Translations under genes and position numbers: made by a program | Shown here: positions 8,470 to 17,494 of the stretch, piece after piece | Numbering within the stretch: position 1 is the first letter of the stretch | How the letters are laid out: the number at the start of each line of letters is the position of its first letter | Source: Candidatus Latescibacterota bacterium | GTDB taxonomy: Bacteria > Latescibacterota > UBA2968 | Assembly: GCA_965208125.1 (NCBI GenBank) | Contig: OZ242320.1 | Location: forward strand, 4,000,001 to 4,064,000 | Reading direction: 5' to 3' | Length of the DNA: 64,000 nucleotides | The notes under the pieces: generated by a model | Seen by the model: only the letters and a program-made list of their open reading frames with translations | The model's database searches: none | What the model was told of the DNA's origin: nothing

Positions 8470-8522
8470 GCGCAATTTTTGATCCGTTGATGTTGCAGCG
8501 TCTGAATATCAGGGCATTCCTC

Positions 8523-8551
8523 TTGACATCCCTCTGGTGAACATCTATGTT
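8523..8551 (+). promoter_or_regulatory. sigma70 promoter upstream of rpiB-like gene
   Basis: TTGACA-N17-TATGTT. Confidence 0.6.
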
Positions 8552-8606
8552 TCCAGAGGTTAGCCCAACCACCCAACCCACCAGTCCCCAGCCTCTTGCT
8601 ATTTTT

Positions 8607-9329
8607 ATGTCAGATGAAAAATTGATACAGCGGATTGTTGCCGAAGTTGTGCGGCGGTTGAAGGCGTTGGAGGGGGGCGCGGTATCTGCACCGATTGATC
8701 CGCCGGTGAGTTTGGTGACGGAGGATCTGGTCAAATCCGCGATAAGTCGCGGTGGTGATGCGGTTTATGTGACGCCCAATGCAATTGTGACGCCGTTGGC
8801 GCGGGATTTGATACGGCAGCAGAAAGTGCGTCTGGTCGTGGCTGATGATGAGGCGGTGATTCAAGAGCCGCAGAAATCGAGTGTTGTGGCTATTGGTGCG
8901 GACCACAAGGGATTTGAACTGAAGAAACAGATTGTGCTTATGTTGCAAGATGCCGGGCGAGAGGTGATGGATTGCGGCGTGCATAGTCCGCAGGAGGCAT
9001 CTTATGTCGGTGTGGCAAAAACGGTGGCGGATGTTGTTTTGGAAAAGAATTTGATGACGGGTATTGTGGTCGATGGGGGAGGCGCGGGGGCTGCCCTCGT
9101 TGCGAATAAGGTAAAGGGGATTCGCGCTGTTTCGTGTCACGATGTGACATCGGCCAAATTTGCCCGCGCCCATGTGGATGCCAATATTTTATGTCTCGGT
9201 GTCGGCGTGGTGGGCGATACCGTGGCGAAAGAGATTGTTGCGACATGGCTGAGTACCCCGTTTGAAGGCGGGCAATATGCCGCGCGTGTTCGGGAAATTG
9301 ATGAGGTGGAGGATGAGGCCCAGGATTGA
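8607..9329 (+). CDS. rpiB: RpiB/LacAB family sugar-phosphate isomerase with N-terminal extension (encapsulation-peptide-like helix)
   Basis: 'AIGADHKGFELK', 'ANKVKGIRA', 'ARAHVDANILCLG', 'TPFEGG'; catalytic CGTG replaced by DGGG. Confidence 0.8.
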   Translation: MSDEKLIQRIVAEVVRRLKALEGGAVSAPIDPPVSLVTEDLVKSAISRGGDAVYVTPNAIVTPLARDLIRQQKVRLVVADDEAVIQEPQKSSVVAIGADHKGFELKKQIVLMLQDAGREVMDCGVHSPQEASYVGVAKTVADVVLEKNLMTGIVVDGGGAGAALVANKVKGIRAVSCHDVTSAKFARAHVDANILCLGVGVVGDTVAKEIVATWLSTPFEGGQYAARVREIDEVEDEAQD

Positions 9330-9353
9330 GCTAAATGTTCTTTTAAATAGGGG

Positions 9354-10130
9354 ATGACTATGCTTTCACAGGAGCAACTGGCGCAGTATGACCGGGATGG
9401 ATATGTGCTGGTGTCGGGATTGATTCCAGAAGAGACAATTGCCAATGCGGAAGCTGCTATGTGGTCTGTGCTCGGGATGGATCGGGATGATCCGGCTTCG
9501 TGGTCTCCTTTGCCAGACAAAACAGATGGGGTGACAACAATCGCCCGCCAGGGGTTGATTGAACATTTTGGGGTTCGTGATCCCGCGTTGCTGGCTTGTT
9601 GTACGCCCGCATTTTACGAGGTGCAGAGCCAACTGGTTCGGGAGAATGCAGATGCTTTTCACTGTCAGAAACCACAGCCTGAGGCAGTGTGGGCACGCAG
9701 TGTATTTCCGGTTCCGAAAGGCTGGAATTATCTCAGTGGGCACGTCGATGGTGGACATCGACCTTTTGATGTTTTTCCAGGGTCATTTCGGGTTTCCTCT
9801 CTGACTTATCTCGATTCTGGTGTTGCACAAGGTGGTGGGACCGCGGTCTGGCCAGGGACACATCGGAAGTTCAGCGAGATGGCAGTGCAGGATCCCGATC
9901 GGTTTCGAATGCTGTCGGATTTTGCGAAGCCGCAACAAAGGTTCGGTCTGGGAGAGCCGATTGAGTTGAGGCCGTCCCGAGGCGATGTCATGTTTTTTCA
10001 TTATCTGTTAGTACACTGCGGGTCCCTCAATACAAGCAATAAACCGCGTTTTGCCCTCCGCTGGATGTGTGCCTGTGACGCATGTCGCATCTGGGAAAAG
10101 TATGGCAAGTGGAATATCTGGATGCCCTGA
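9354..10130 (+). CDS. phytanoyl-CoA dioxygenase (PhyH) family Fe(II)/2OG enzyme
   Basis: 'YDRDGYVLV', HVD, 'VWPGTH', 'GDVMFFHYLLVHCG', PRFAL. Confidence 0.85.
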   Translation: MTMLSQEQLAQYDRDGYVLVSGLIPEETIANAEAAMWSVLGMDRDDPASWSPLPDKTDGVTTIARQGLIEHFGVRDPALLACCTPAFYEVQSQLVRENADAFHCQKPQPEAVWARSVFPVPKGWNYLSGHVDGGHRPFDVFPGSFRVSSLTYLDSGVAQGGGTAVWPGTHRKFSEMAVQDPDRFRMLSDFAKPQQRFGLGEPIELRPSRGDVMFFHYLLVHCGSLNTSNKPRFALRWMCACDACRIWEKYGKWNIWMP

Positions 10131-10206
10131 TGTTGATGGTTGACTCGCTGTGGGGAAACCCGTATATTTTTTTCTCTATGACCTGTGTTGTTTCCGCGGG
10201 GTGTCC

Positions 10207-10665
10207 GTGGTGGATGATGACCTGACAGGCATGAAATTTGCGCTCGAAGAAGCCCATGTGGCAGCGAGCGAGCAGGAAGTGCCTATTGGCGCTGTTGTGA
10301 TGCACAATGGCGAGGTAATCGCACGAGATCACAATCGCATTGTCCAGCGAAATGATCCCACTGCACATGCCGAAATGCTCGTTATTGGGCAGGCAACAAA
10401 AAAGTTGGGCGTTCGGTGGCTAAATAACTGCGTGCTTTACGCAACACTGGAACCCTGTGCTATGTGTGCAGGGGCTATGGTGCTTGCCCGATTGTCCCGG
10501 TTGGTTTTTGGGGCTTGCGATCCCAAAACCGGAGCTTGCGGATCCCTGAGAAATATTGTGGAAGATACACGTCTGAATCATCGCCTATATGTACGCCGAG
10601 GCGTTTTAGAAGATGCGTGTAGCCAGGTGTTGCGGACGTTTTTTCAAACTTTGCGCGAAAAATAA
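10207..10665 (+). CDS. tadA: tRNA adenosine(34) deaminase
   Basis: 'EVPIGAV', HAE, 'TLEPCAMCAGA', 'DPKTGA'; start approximate. Confidence 0.92.
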   Translation: MVDDDLTGMKFALEEAHVAASEQEVPIGAVVMHNGEVIARDHNRIVQRNDPTAHAEMLVIGQATKKLGVRWLNNCVLYATLEPCAMCAGAMVLARLSRLVFGACDPKTGACGSLRNIVEDTRLNHRLYVRRGVLEDACSQVLRTFFQTLREK

Positions 10666-10675
10666 ATAAAATATC

Positions 10676-10765
<90 letters not shown>

Positions 10766-10825
10766 AAAATAAGCACACAGGTGTATGTGTGAGAAAGCTG
10801 ATAGCCGATCGCTTACAGCTATATT

Positions 10826-10915
<90 letters not shown>

Positions 10916-10934
10916 AAAATATCACGAGGTTGTT

Positions 10935-11306
10935 ATGCCGCATCCGATTCGCATTACAGTTGGCGATATTGAACTCGACGCCGAGTTAAATGATTCGCAA
11001 ACAGCAGACAAAGTTCGCGAGGTTTTGCCGCTGGATTGTTCGTTTAATACATGGGGCGATGAGATTTACTTTGCAATTCCCGTTCAAGCGGGTCCCGAAG
11101 ATGCATGTGAAACTGTGGCGTTGAACGACCTTGGATATTGGCCGCCGGGTCATGCATTTTGCATTTTTTACGGTCAGACCCCGGCCAGTCATGGAGATGA
11201 AATTCGTCCGGCAAGTCCCGTCAATATTATTGGACGGGTGCTGGGCGATGCCACGGTGCTCAAATCTGTTTCGGGAGCGCGCAACATCGTGGTTGAAGCG
11301 GTTTAG
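10935..11306 (+). CDS. cyclophilin-like fold protein (TM1367/DUF369 type)
   Basis: 'NTWGDEIYF', 'LGYWPPGHAFCIFYGQTPAS', 'ASPVNIIGR'. Confidence 0.85.
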   Translation: MPHPIRITVGDIELDAELNDSQTADKVREVLPLDCSFNTWGDEIYFAIPVQAGPEDACETVALNDLGYWPPGHAFCIFYGQTPASHGDEIRPASPVNIIGRVLGDATVLKSVSGARNIVVEAV

Positions 11307-11307
11307 G

Positions 11308-11384
<77 letters not shown>

Positions 11385-11437
11385 AATATATTGTTAAGAG
11401 GTAAGAGGCGAGATTCCTCTTGTATCTCACTGTTTTC

Positions 11438-11712
11438 AGGTCGTGCTAGACGGGGAGATAGCGGTGCCCTGTAGCCCGCAATCCGCTATAGCGGGGTCGA
11501 ATTCCACGTCTGAGAACCGGTATTTTGGATCGCGGTCAATGAGTATGCAGCGTTGATCGTCAGGTCCTGCGCAACGTGCCTATGCCGAACCCCGTCAGGA
11601 CCGGAAGGTAGCAGCGGTAAGCAAATCGGTGCGTGTGCCGCAGGGGCACCTGGCAGGAGCCAGCGCTCGTTGAACGCCCCGGGGTAGCGGTTCGAAGCGC
11701 GGTGCACGACCT
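11438..11712 (+). ncRNA. ffs: signal recognition particle RNA, large (Alu-containing) bacterial type
   Basis: helix-8 motif CCGTCAGGACCGGAAGGTAGCAGCGG; 5' GGTCGTGC pairs with 3' GCACGACC; usual position upstream of dnaX. Confidence 0.93.
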
Positions 11713-11770
11713 TTTTTTCGGGATGGGCGAGATGGGGGCTGGGGTTGGAAAGGCCCCCTTTGGAGTTTTT

Positions 11771-13480
11771 ATGTCTTACACGGTAATGGCCCGAAAGCGA
11801 AGGCCACAGGCATTTGAAACAGTGGTTGCACAAAGCCATGTGACCACCACATTGCAAAACGCCATTCGGCTGGAGCGCGTGGCGCAGTCATATCTGTTTT
11901 CCGGGCCGCGAGGAACGGGTAAGACCACGACGGCGCGATTGCTTGCCATGGCACTCAATTGCGAGCAGGGGCCAACGGCTGAACCGTGTGGGGAATGTGC
12001 TTCGTGTGTCGCCATACGCCAGGGCAACAGCATGGATGTGCTGGAGATTGACGGGGCTTCGAATCGCGGGATTGATGAAATCAGGCAATTGCGCGAAGAG
12101 GTGGGGTATGCGGCTTCGCAAGGCAAGCGCAAGGTTTATATTATCGATGAAGTACACATGCTCACTACCGAGGCTTTTAATGCCTTGCTCAAAACGCTTG
12201 AAGAACCGCCAGCGCATGTTGTTTTTGTATTTGCAACTACCGAAGCTCACAAAGTGCCCGAAACCATTTTGTCCCGGTGTCAGCGCTACAATTTTCGGCG
12301 CATTCCGCCTGTGGCAATTGTGGAAGAGCTCAAAATGGCTGTGGATGAAGAAGGCGTGACAGCAGAAGAATCCGCGCTGTTTTTGATCGCTCGAAAAGCC
12401 GATGGGGGCATGCGCGATGCCCTGAGTTTGCTGGATCAGGTCATTGCATTTTCAGATGCTGATATTACGGAAGATGCCATACAGAATTTACTGGGTTTGA
12501 TTCCTCGAGATGTGTATTTTGACCTGACTCAGGCCATTGTGGAGCGGGATGGTGCCCGCGCCCTGGAGATTGTTGATGAATTGACGCGCGAAGGCAGTGA
12601 TCTGGGTGAATTTGTGGCGGGGCTGATGGCGCATTTTCGACATTTGCTCGTTGCTCGTGCCGCGAGAGATTTAACAGATGAACTAGAAGCTGACCGCGTG
12701 CAGTATGCAGAGGTTGCCGCGCAATTCGAAGAGGCAGATCTCGTGCGCATGCTCAATGCCGTAGGGGAACTGGAAACGCAGATTAGTCGGGTGACCGAGC
12801 CGCGATTCTGGCTCGAATTGACGGTTATGAAGCTGGTACAGATGACGTCAAGTGTAGATTTGCAGGTTTTGATTGGTCGATTAGAACAACTCGAGCGCGG
12901 GATAAAAAGCCAGGGAACGGCTACTGGAGTGCGACGGCCATTGCCCAGTTCCCAACCTGCACAGAAAGCGACATCATCCAAACCAGACACGCGCGCCAGG
13001 GTAGATAGATTACCGCCGCCAAAACCCGATCCCAAATCTTCACCTCCGCAACAGCAGGGCAACGGTCATCCTGTGGCAGAACAGCCACAAGAAGAAATAC
13101 CTCCAATGCCGGATGTATCCTCAGAAGAGCCGCCAGACTTTTCTGTCATAAAAAGTAAGTGGGAACAACTTGTACAGGCAGTGAAGAACGAGAGAATGTC
13201 GTTGGGTACATTTTTGGCCGAAGGACGCCCACAATCAATGGATGGGCGACTTCTGGTGGTGGCTTTTCAGAAGCACCGCGAATTTCACGCCAATCAGGTG
13301 CGGCGTAGCCGCGCTCTGGTAGAAGAAGTTGCGCGTGGCGTTTTTGGAGGTCCAGTCACCATTTCGTGTGAGGTTGTTTACGACGATAATAAAGAGCAAA
13401 TAGTTGAGGAGAAGGGTGTAGAAGAAGATGAGCGCGTGCAGATGGTGATGCAGGTGTTTAGCGGGGAAGTGATCAGGTAG
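11771..13480 (+). CDS. dnaX: DNA polymerase III subunit gamma/tau
   Basis: 'ARKRRPQAF', Walker A GPRGTGKT, Zn-binding Cys, DEVHML, 'LKTLEEPP', SRC. Confidence 0.97.
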   Translation: MSYTVMARKRRPQAFETVVAQSHVTTTLQNAIRLERVAQSYLFSGPRGTGKTTTARLLAMALNCEQGPTAEPCGECASCVAIRQGNSMDVLEIDGASNRGIDEIRQLREEVGYAASQGKRKVYIIDEVHMLTTEAFNALLKTLEEPPAHVVFVFATTEAHKVPETILSRCQRYNFRRIPPVAIVEELKMAVDEEGVTAEESALFLIARKADGGMRDALSLLDQVIAFSDADITEDAIQNLLGLIPRDVYFDLTQAIVERDGARALEIVDELTREGSDLGEFVAGLMAHFRHLLVARAARDLTDELEADRVQYAEVAAQFEEADLVRMLNAVGELETQISRVTEPRFWLELTVMKLVQMTSSVDLQVLIGRLEQLERGIKSQGTATGVRRPLPSSQPAQKATSSKPDTRARVDRLPPPKPDPKSSPPQQQGNGHPVAEQPQEEIPPMPDVSSEEPPDFSVIKSKWEQLVQAVKNERMSLGTFLAEGRPQSMDGRLLVVAFQKHREFHANQVRRSRALVEEVARGVFGGPVTISCEVVYDDNKEQIVEEKGVEEDERVQMVMQVFSGEVIR

Positions 13481-13522
13481 GGATTGCTGCGTTGGGAACA
13501 TTGTTTTTTGAGGAGATAGAGT

Positions 13523-13849
13523 ATGGCAAAAGGTATGGGCGCGATGATGAGGCAGGCCCAAAAGTTGCAGGCCAAGCTGACCAGGGTGCAAGAAGAACTG
13601 GGGACAAAAGAGGTAGAGGCAACTTCGGGTGGGGGTATGGTGACAGTAAGGGCCAGTGGGCATCAAGATATTTTGTCGATAAAAATTGATCCCGAAGTCG
13701 TTGATCCCGAAGATGTGGAAATGCTGGAAGACCTCGTGCTGGCGGCGGTTCAGCAGGCGCGTCAAAAAGCTGCGGATATGGCCGAGGCAGAAATGCAGAA
13801 AGCCACAGCGGGTCTTATTCCGCCCGGTATGAATATGCCGGGGTTCTGA
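13523..13849 (+). CDS. ybaB: YbaB/EbfC nucleoid-associated protein
   Basis: 'GGGMVTV', 'DPEDVEMLEDLVLAAV'; between dnaX and recR. Confidence 0.95.
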   Translation: MAKGMGAMMRQAQKLQAKLTRVQEELGTKEVEATSGGGMVTVRASGHQDILSIKIDPEVVDPEDVEMLEDLVLAAVQQARQKAADMAEAEMQKATAGLIPPGMNMPGF

Positions 13850-13891
13850 GATTGGAGCGAAGTCCTCGCGCTATAGTTTTTGGAGTTTTCC

Positions 13892-14485
13892 ATGGCATCA
13901 GAGGCCATCGAAAAATTGATTGTCGCTTTGAATCGGTTGCCCGGGATCGGCGCTAAAACAGCACGGCGTCTCGCGCTGGAGATGTTGACATGGGATACGG
14001 ATGAGGTGCGCGAACTCGCCGACTTGATGGTGGATGTCAAGACCCGGGTGCGGCGGTGCTCAATTTGTTTTAATTTAACAGAGGTTGAGCCGTGTTCTGT
14101 GTGCAGCGATACGCGTCGAGATCGTTCCAGTGTGATGGTGATTGATTTTATCGGCGATCTTTTGGCGTTTGAGCGCACCGGACTTTATCGGGGACTTTAT
14201 CACGTACTGGACGGGCGTATTTCGCCGCTGGATGGTATTGGTCCAGAAGACTTGAATATTTCCCAATTGCTCCAACGCTTGCGCCAGGGAGAAATTCGAG
14301 AAGTGATTCTCGCCAACGGTCCGACCGTAGAGGGCGATGCCACAGCACAATATTTGTCTCAATGTTTGACTCCGTTTGAAGTATCTGTCACACAAATTGC
14401 GCGCGGGTTGCCGGTGGGCAGTGATCTCGCCCTGGCCGATCAGGTGACATTGTCTCGCGCGCTGGAAGGCCGTCGGGAGTATTAA
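13892..14485 (+). CDS. recR: recombination mediator RecR
   Basis: HhH 'LPGIGAKTARR', C4 zinc finger, TOPRIM 'YHVLDGRISPLDGIGP'. Confidence 0.96.
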   Translation: MASEAIEKLIVALNRLPGIGAKTARRLALEMLTWDTDEVRELADLMVDVKTRVRRCSICFNLTEVEPCSVCSDTRRDRSSVMVIDFIGDLLAFERTGLYRGLYHVLDGRISPLDGIGPEDLNISQLLQRLRQGEIREVILANGPTVEGDATAQYLSQCLTPFEVSVTQIARGLPVGSDLALADQVTLSRALEGRREY

Positions 14486-15127
14486 ATGCCCCAGGTAAAT
14501 ACCATAGAATCGAATCGGATGACAATGCCTGAGCCGCATACCCCAAATCGGTTGTGGACAGTGCCCAATGTCTTAACAGTGTCGCGGTTGTTGCTTACGC
14601 CCGTGTTTTTGCTGTTGATTTTTGCTGCCAACTGGTATTTCAAAATCCTCGCACTGCTCGTCTTTGCTGTAGCCTCGTTGACTGATTTTTACGATGGGCG
14701 CATTGCGCGGCGCGACGGCACAGTGACCAACTTTGGTCGCTTTATGGATCCGCTGGCCGATAAGTTGCTCGTATCTTCGGCATTGATTGCATTTGCGCGT
14801 TTGGGCATGGTTGAAGCATGGCTTATCGGGGCGATGCTCGTGCGCGATGTCGTGATTACGGGATTGCGCATTTTTGCGATTCGACGCGGCAAGCCCGTGG
14901 TGACTTCACAACTTGCCAAGTGGAAAACCATGCTGCAATTGGTGCTTGTTTTTGGCATTTTGGTCTTTATCAATGTGCGCGTGGTCGAAGCCGAATTGGC
15001 CGCCCAACCCATTGTGCTCGTGGGCGATATTTCTTATTGGGTTTTGAATGTTCTGGTGGCTGTCGTGACCCTCGTCGCCGTGGTTTCAGGCGTTCGGTAT
15101 TTAATTGAAAATCGCAAGACATTTTAA
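14486..15127 (+). CDS. pgsA: CDP-diacylglycerol--glycerol-3-phosphate 3-phosphatidyltransferase
   Basis: 'PNVLTVSR', 'TDFYDGRIARR...GRFMDPLADK', 'KWKT'; start may be 14519. Confidence 0.92.
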   Translation: MPQVNTIESNRMTMPEPHTPNRLWTVPNVLTVSRLLLTPVFLLLIFAANWYFKILALLVFAVASLTDFYDGRIARRDGTVTNFGRFMDPLADKLLVSSALIAFARLGMVEAWLIGAMLVRDVVITGLRIFAIRRGKPVVTSQLAKWKTMLQLVLVFGILVFINVRVVEAELAAQPIVLVGDISYWVLNVLVAVVTLVAVVSGVRYLIENRKTF

Positions 15128-15154
15128 GGCGAGCGAATAGCTGAGCCTATAGCT

Positions 15155-15634
15155 ATGACAGATTTTCGGCCTCCTGAGCCATCTTTTTTTGTCCGGTTGA
15201 TTGCAACCGGCTTTTTTTCTGGCTATTCGAGTTTTGCCCCGGGAACAGCCGGGTCAGGCGTGGCATTGGCGATTTATTGTCTGTTGCCGCCCCTGAACCC
15301 GTGGGCGTGGGGGGGGCTGTTGATCGGGTTGTTTTTCGTGGGGGTTTATACATCCGGGGCATGCGAAAAAGTCTGGGGTAAAGATCCCAGATGTGTGGTG
15401 ATTGACGAGTTTGTCGGATTTTTTGTGACAGTAAGTCTGCTTCCGCAGTCGGTGTTGATGGGCATAGTTGGCTTTGTCGTGTTTCGCATACTGGATATTA
15501 TTAAGCCACTGCCCGCCCGGCAGGTCGAGGCATTGCCCGGTGGGTGGGGTATTGTGGGTGACGATGTGGTTGTGGGCATTTATGGACATTTAATTCTAAT
15601 GTTATGGCTGGCATTCGCACCTTTGTCGCTTTAG
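15155..15634 (+). CDS. pgpA: phosphatidylglycerophosphatase A
   Basis: 'APGTAGS', 'DPRCVVIDEFVG', 'FRILDIIKP', 'GIVGDD'. Confidence 0.93.
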   Translation: MTDFRPPEPSFFVRLIATGFFSGYSSFAPGTAGSGVALAIYCLLPPLNPWAWGGLLIGLFFVGVYTSGACEKVWGKDPRCVVIDEFVGFFVTVSLLPQSVLMGIVGFVVFRILDIIKPLPARQVEALPGGWGIVGDDVVVGIYGHLILMLWLAFAPLSL

Positions 15635-16188
15635 AAATGCCCGTTGCTGTTAAACGGCAAGTCGTTTCTGTGGCGCGTCACATGAGCCATTTGGGCCAGA
15701 TGCGCTGGGTGAGATCTGAGGGCGTACACCTCACCCTCAAATTTTTAGGTGATGTGGAAGAAAATCGCGTTGCGGACGTTGTTTTAGCCGTGCAGCGGGT
15801 CGCTTCCAAATTTCAACCCCTCGCGTTGTCAACTGCGGGGTTGGGTGGTTTTCCGCATCTTGAAAGTGCGCGGGTGTTGTGGTTGGGCGTTGAAGGCGAT
15901 CTGGAGCGGTTGAGGATATTGCAAGGTCGGATTGCACATAAGCTCGAAGACCTGGGATTTGAGCGGGAGCGACGTCGATTTTTCGCCCATGTGACGGTGG
16001 GTAGAGTGCGGCGTAAGCCGGTTCGCATGACCGCTGAAAATGCAAAAAAATGGCGTGCGGTCAATTTTACAGTTGATCGCGTCTCGGTGATGAAAAGCAC
16101 ATTGCGTCCCGATGGTGCTGTGTACACGACTTTGGGGTATGGGATGCTTACGGGAGACGGGAATGCGTATCCCGGTTCAGATCGCTAA
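15604..16188 (+). CDS. thpR: RNA 2',3'-cyclic phosphodiesterase (2H family)
   Basis: two HxT motifs: 'HLTLKFLG' and 'HVTVGR'. Confidence 0.9.
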   Translation: MAGIRTFVALEMPVAVKRQVVSVARHMSHLGQMRWVRSEGVHLTLKFLGDVEENRVADVVLAVQRVASKFQPLALSTAGLGGFPHLESARVLWLGVEGDLERLRILQGRIAHKLEDLGFERERRRFFAHVTVGRVRRKPVRMTAENAKKWRAVNFTVDRVSVMKSTLRPDGAVYTTLGYGMLTGDGNAYPGSDR

Positions 16189-16196
16189 ATAGTTTC

Positions 16197-16225
16197 TTGA
16201 CGTATATACAAATGTTCACTATACT
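16197..16225 (+). promoter_or_regulatory. recA sigma70 promoter with candidate LexA box in the spacer
   Basis: TTGACG-N17-TATACT; ATAC-AAAT-GTTC at 16206-16217. Confidence 0.7.
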
Positions 16226-16300
16226 TGTTGCACATTGTGCGGTGCAGAATACGAGCGGGGCTGCGCCGTGATCCCAAACCTTTTGTAAGGAGAGATACAG

Positions 16301-17362
16301 ATGGCCAAACGCAATATTAAAGGTACGCAACAAATGGATGGCAAACAGCAAGCAATAGACAACGCTATTGCCCAAATCGAAAAGCAGTTTGGACAAGGGG
16401 CAATTATGCGCCTGGGAGGCGAGGATGGGCAACCCCTTGTCACAGAGGTTATTCCAACGGGATCTATAAGCCTGGATGTTGCATTGGGCGCTGGTGGCGT
16501 TCCCCAGGGAAGGGTAGTTGAAATATTTGGTCCTGAAGGGTCGGGCAAGACAACCTTGATTTTGCACATTATTGCCGAGGCGCAAAAGCGCGGTGGGGCA
16601 GCGGCTTTTGTCGATGCAGAACACGCATTGAATGTGGAACTGGCCGAACGTCTGGGCGTAGATATCGAAAATTTATTGATCGCCCAGCCCGATACGGGTG
16701 AAGAAGCACTCGAGATTACAGATACCCTCGTGCGCAGTGGTGCTTTTGAGGTCGTGGCTTTAGACTCAGTGGCTGCTCTGGTGCCGCGTGCAGAACTCGA
16801 AGGTGAGATGGGTGATTCTCACATGGGTCTGCACGCTCGTTTGATGTCTCAGGCTTTGCGCAAACTCGTCGGATCAATCAGCCAGTCTAAAACCTGTGTG
16901 ATCTTTGCCAATCAGATTCGCATGAAGATCGGCGTGATGTTTGGCAATCCCGAAACGACTACCGGAGGCCGCGCGCTTCCGTTTTACGCAACGGTGCGTA
17001 TGGATATTCGGCGCATTGGTTCTATTAAAGACGGGCAGGAGATCGTTGGCAATCGCGTTCGGGTTCGCGTGGTGAAAAACAAGATGGCACCGCCTTTTAA
17101 GGAATGTGAAGTCGATCTGATGTTTGGCGAGGGCATTTCCAGAGAGGGCAGTTTGATCGATATGGCCGAATTGCACGGGATTATCAAGAAGAGTGGTACC
17201 TGGTTCTCTTATGGGGATGATCGGCTTGGTCAAGGGCGCGAAAATGTCAAGCGTCATCTGAAAGAGAACGCGGATTTGTCTGCAAAAATCGAACGCGAGG
17301 TGCGCGAGATCGTGGGCCTCCCGGCCGATAAGGTGTCTGATCTCGGAGAAAACCCCGCCTAA
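16301..17362 (+). CDS. recA: recombinase RecA
   Basis: [23 protein letters not shown], '[20 protein letters not shown]'. Confidence 0.99.
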   Translation: MAKRNIKGTQQMDGKQQAIDNAIAQIEKQFGQGAIMRLGGEDGQPLVTEVIPTGSISLDVALGAGGVPQGRVVEIFGPEGSGKTTLILHIIAEAQKRGGAAAFVDAEHALNVELAERLGVDIENLLIAQPDTGEEALEITDTLVRSGAFEVVALDSVAALVPRAELEGEMGDSHMGLHARLMSQALRKLVGSISQSKTCVIFANQIRMKIGVMFGNPETTTGGRALPFYATVRMDIRRIGSIKDGQEIVGNRVRVRVVKNKMAPPFKECEVDLMFGEGISREGSLIDMAELHGIIKKSGTWFSYGDDRLGQGRENVKRHLKENADLSAKIEREVREIVGLPADKVSDLGENPA

Positions 17363-17494
17363 GTATGTTGTTGACATCTCAATTTTCTCTAATTTAATTC
17401 ATAACTGGCGTTATATATAAAAAAACTGGGAATCTTTGTCAGTTATAATTTCATCTTTTTTATTTTCCCAGGTCTTCAGAGAAATTGAGAAAGG

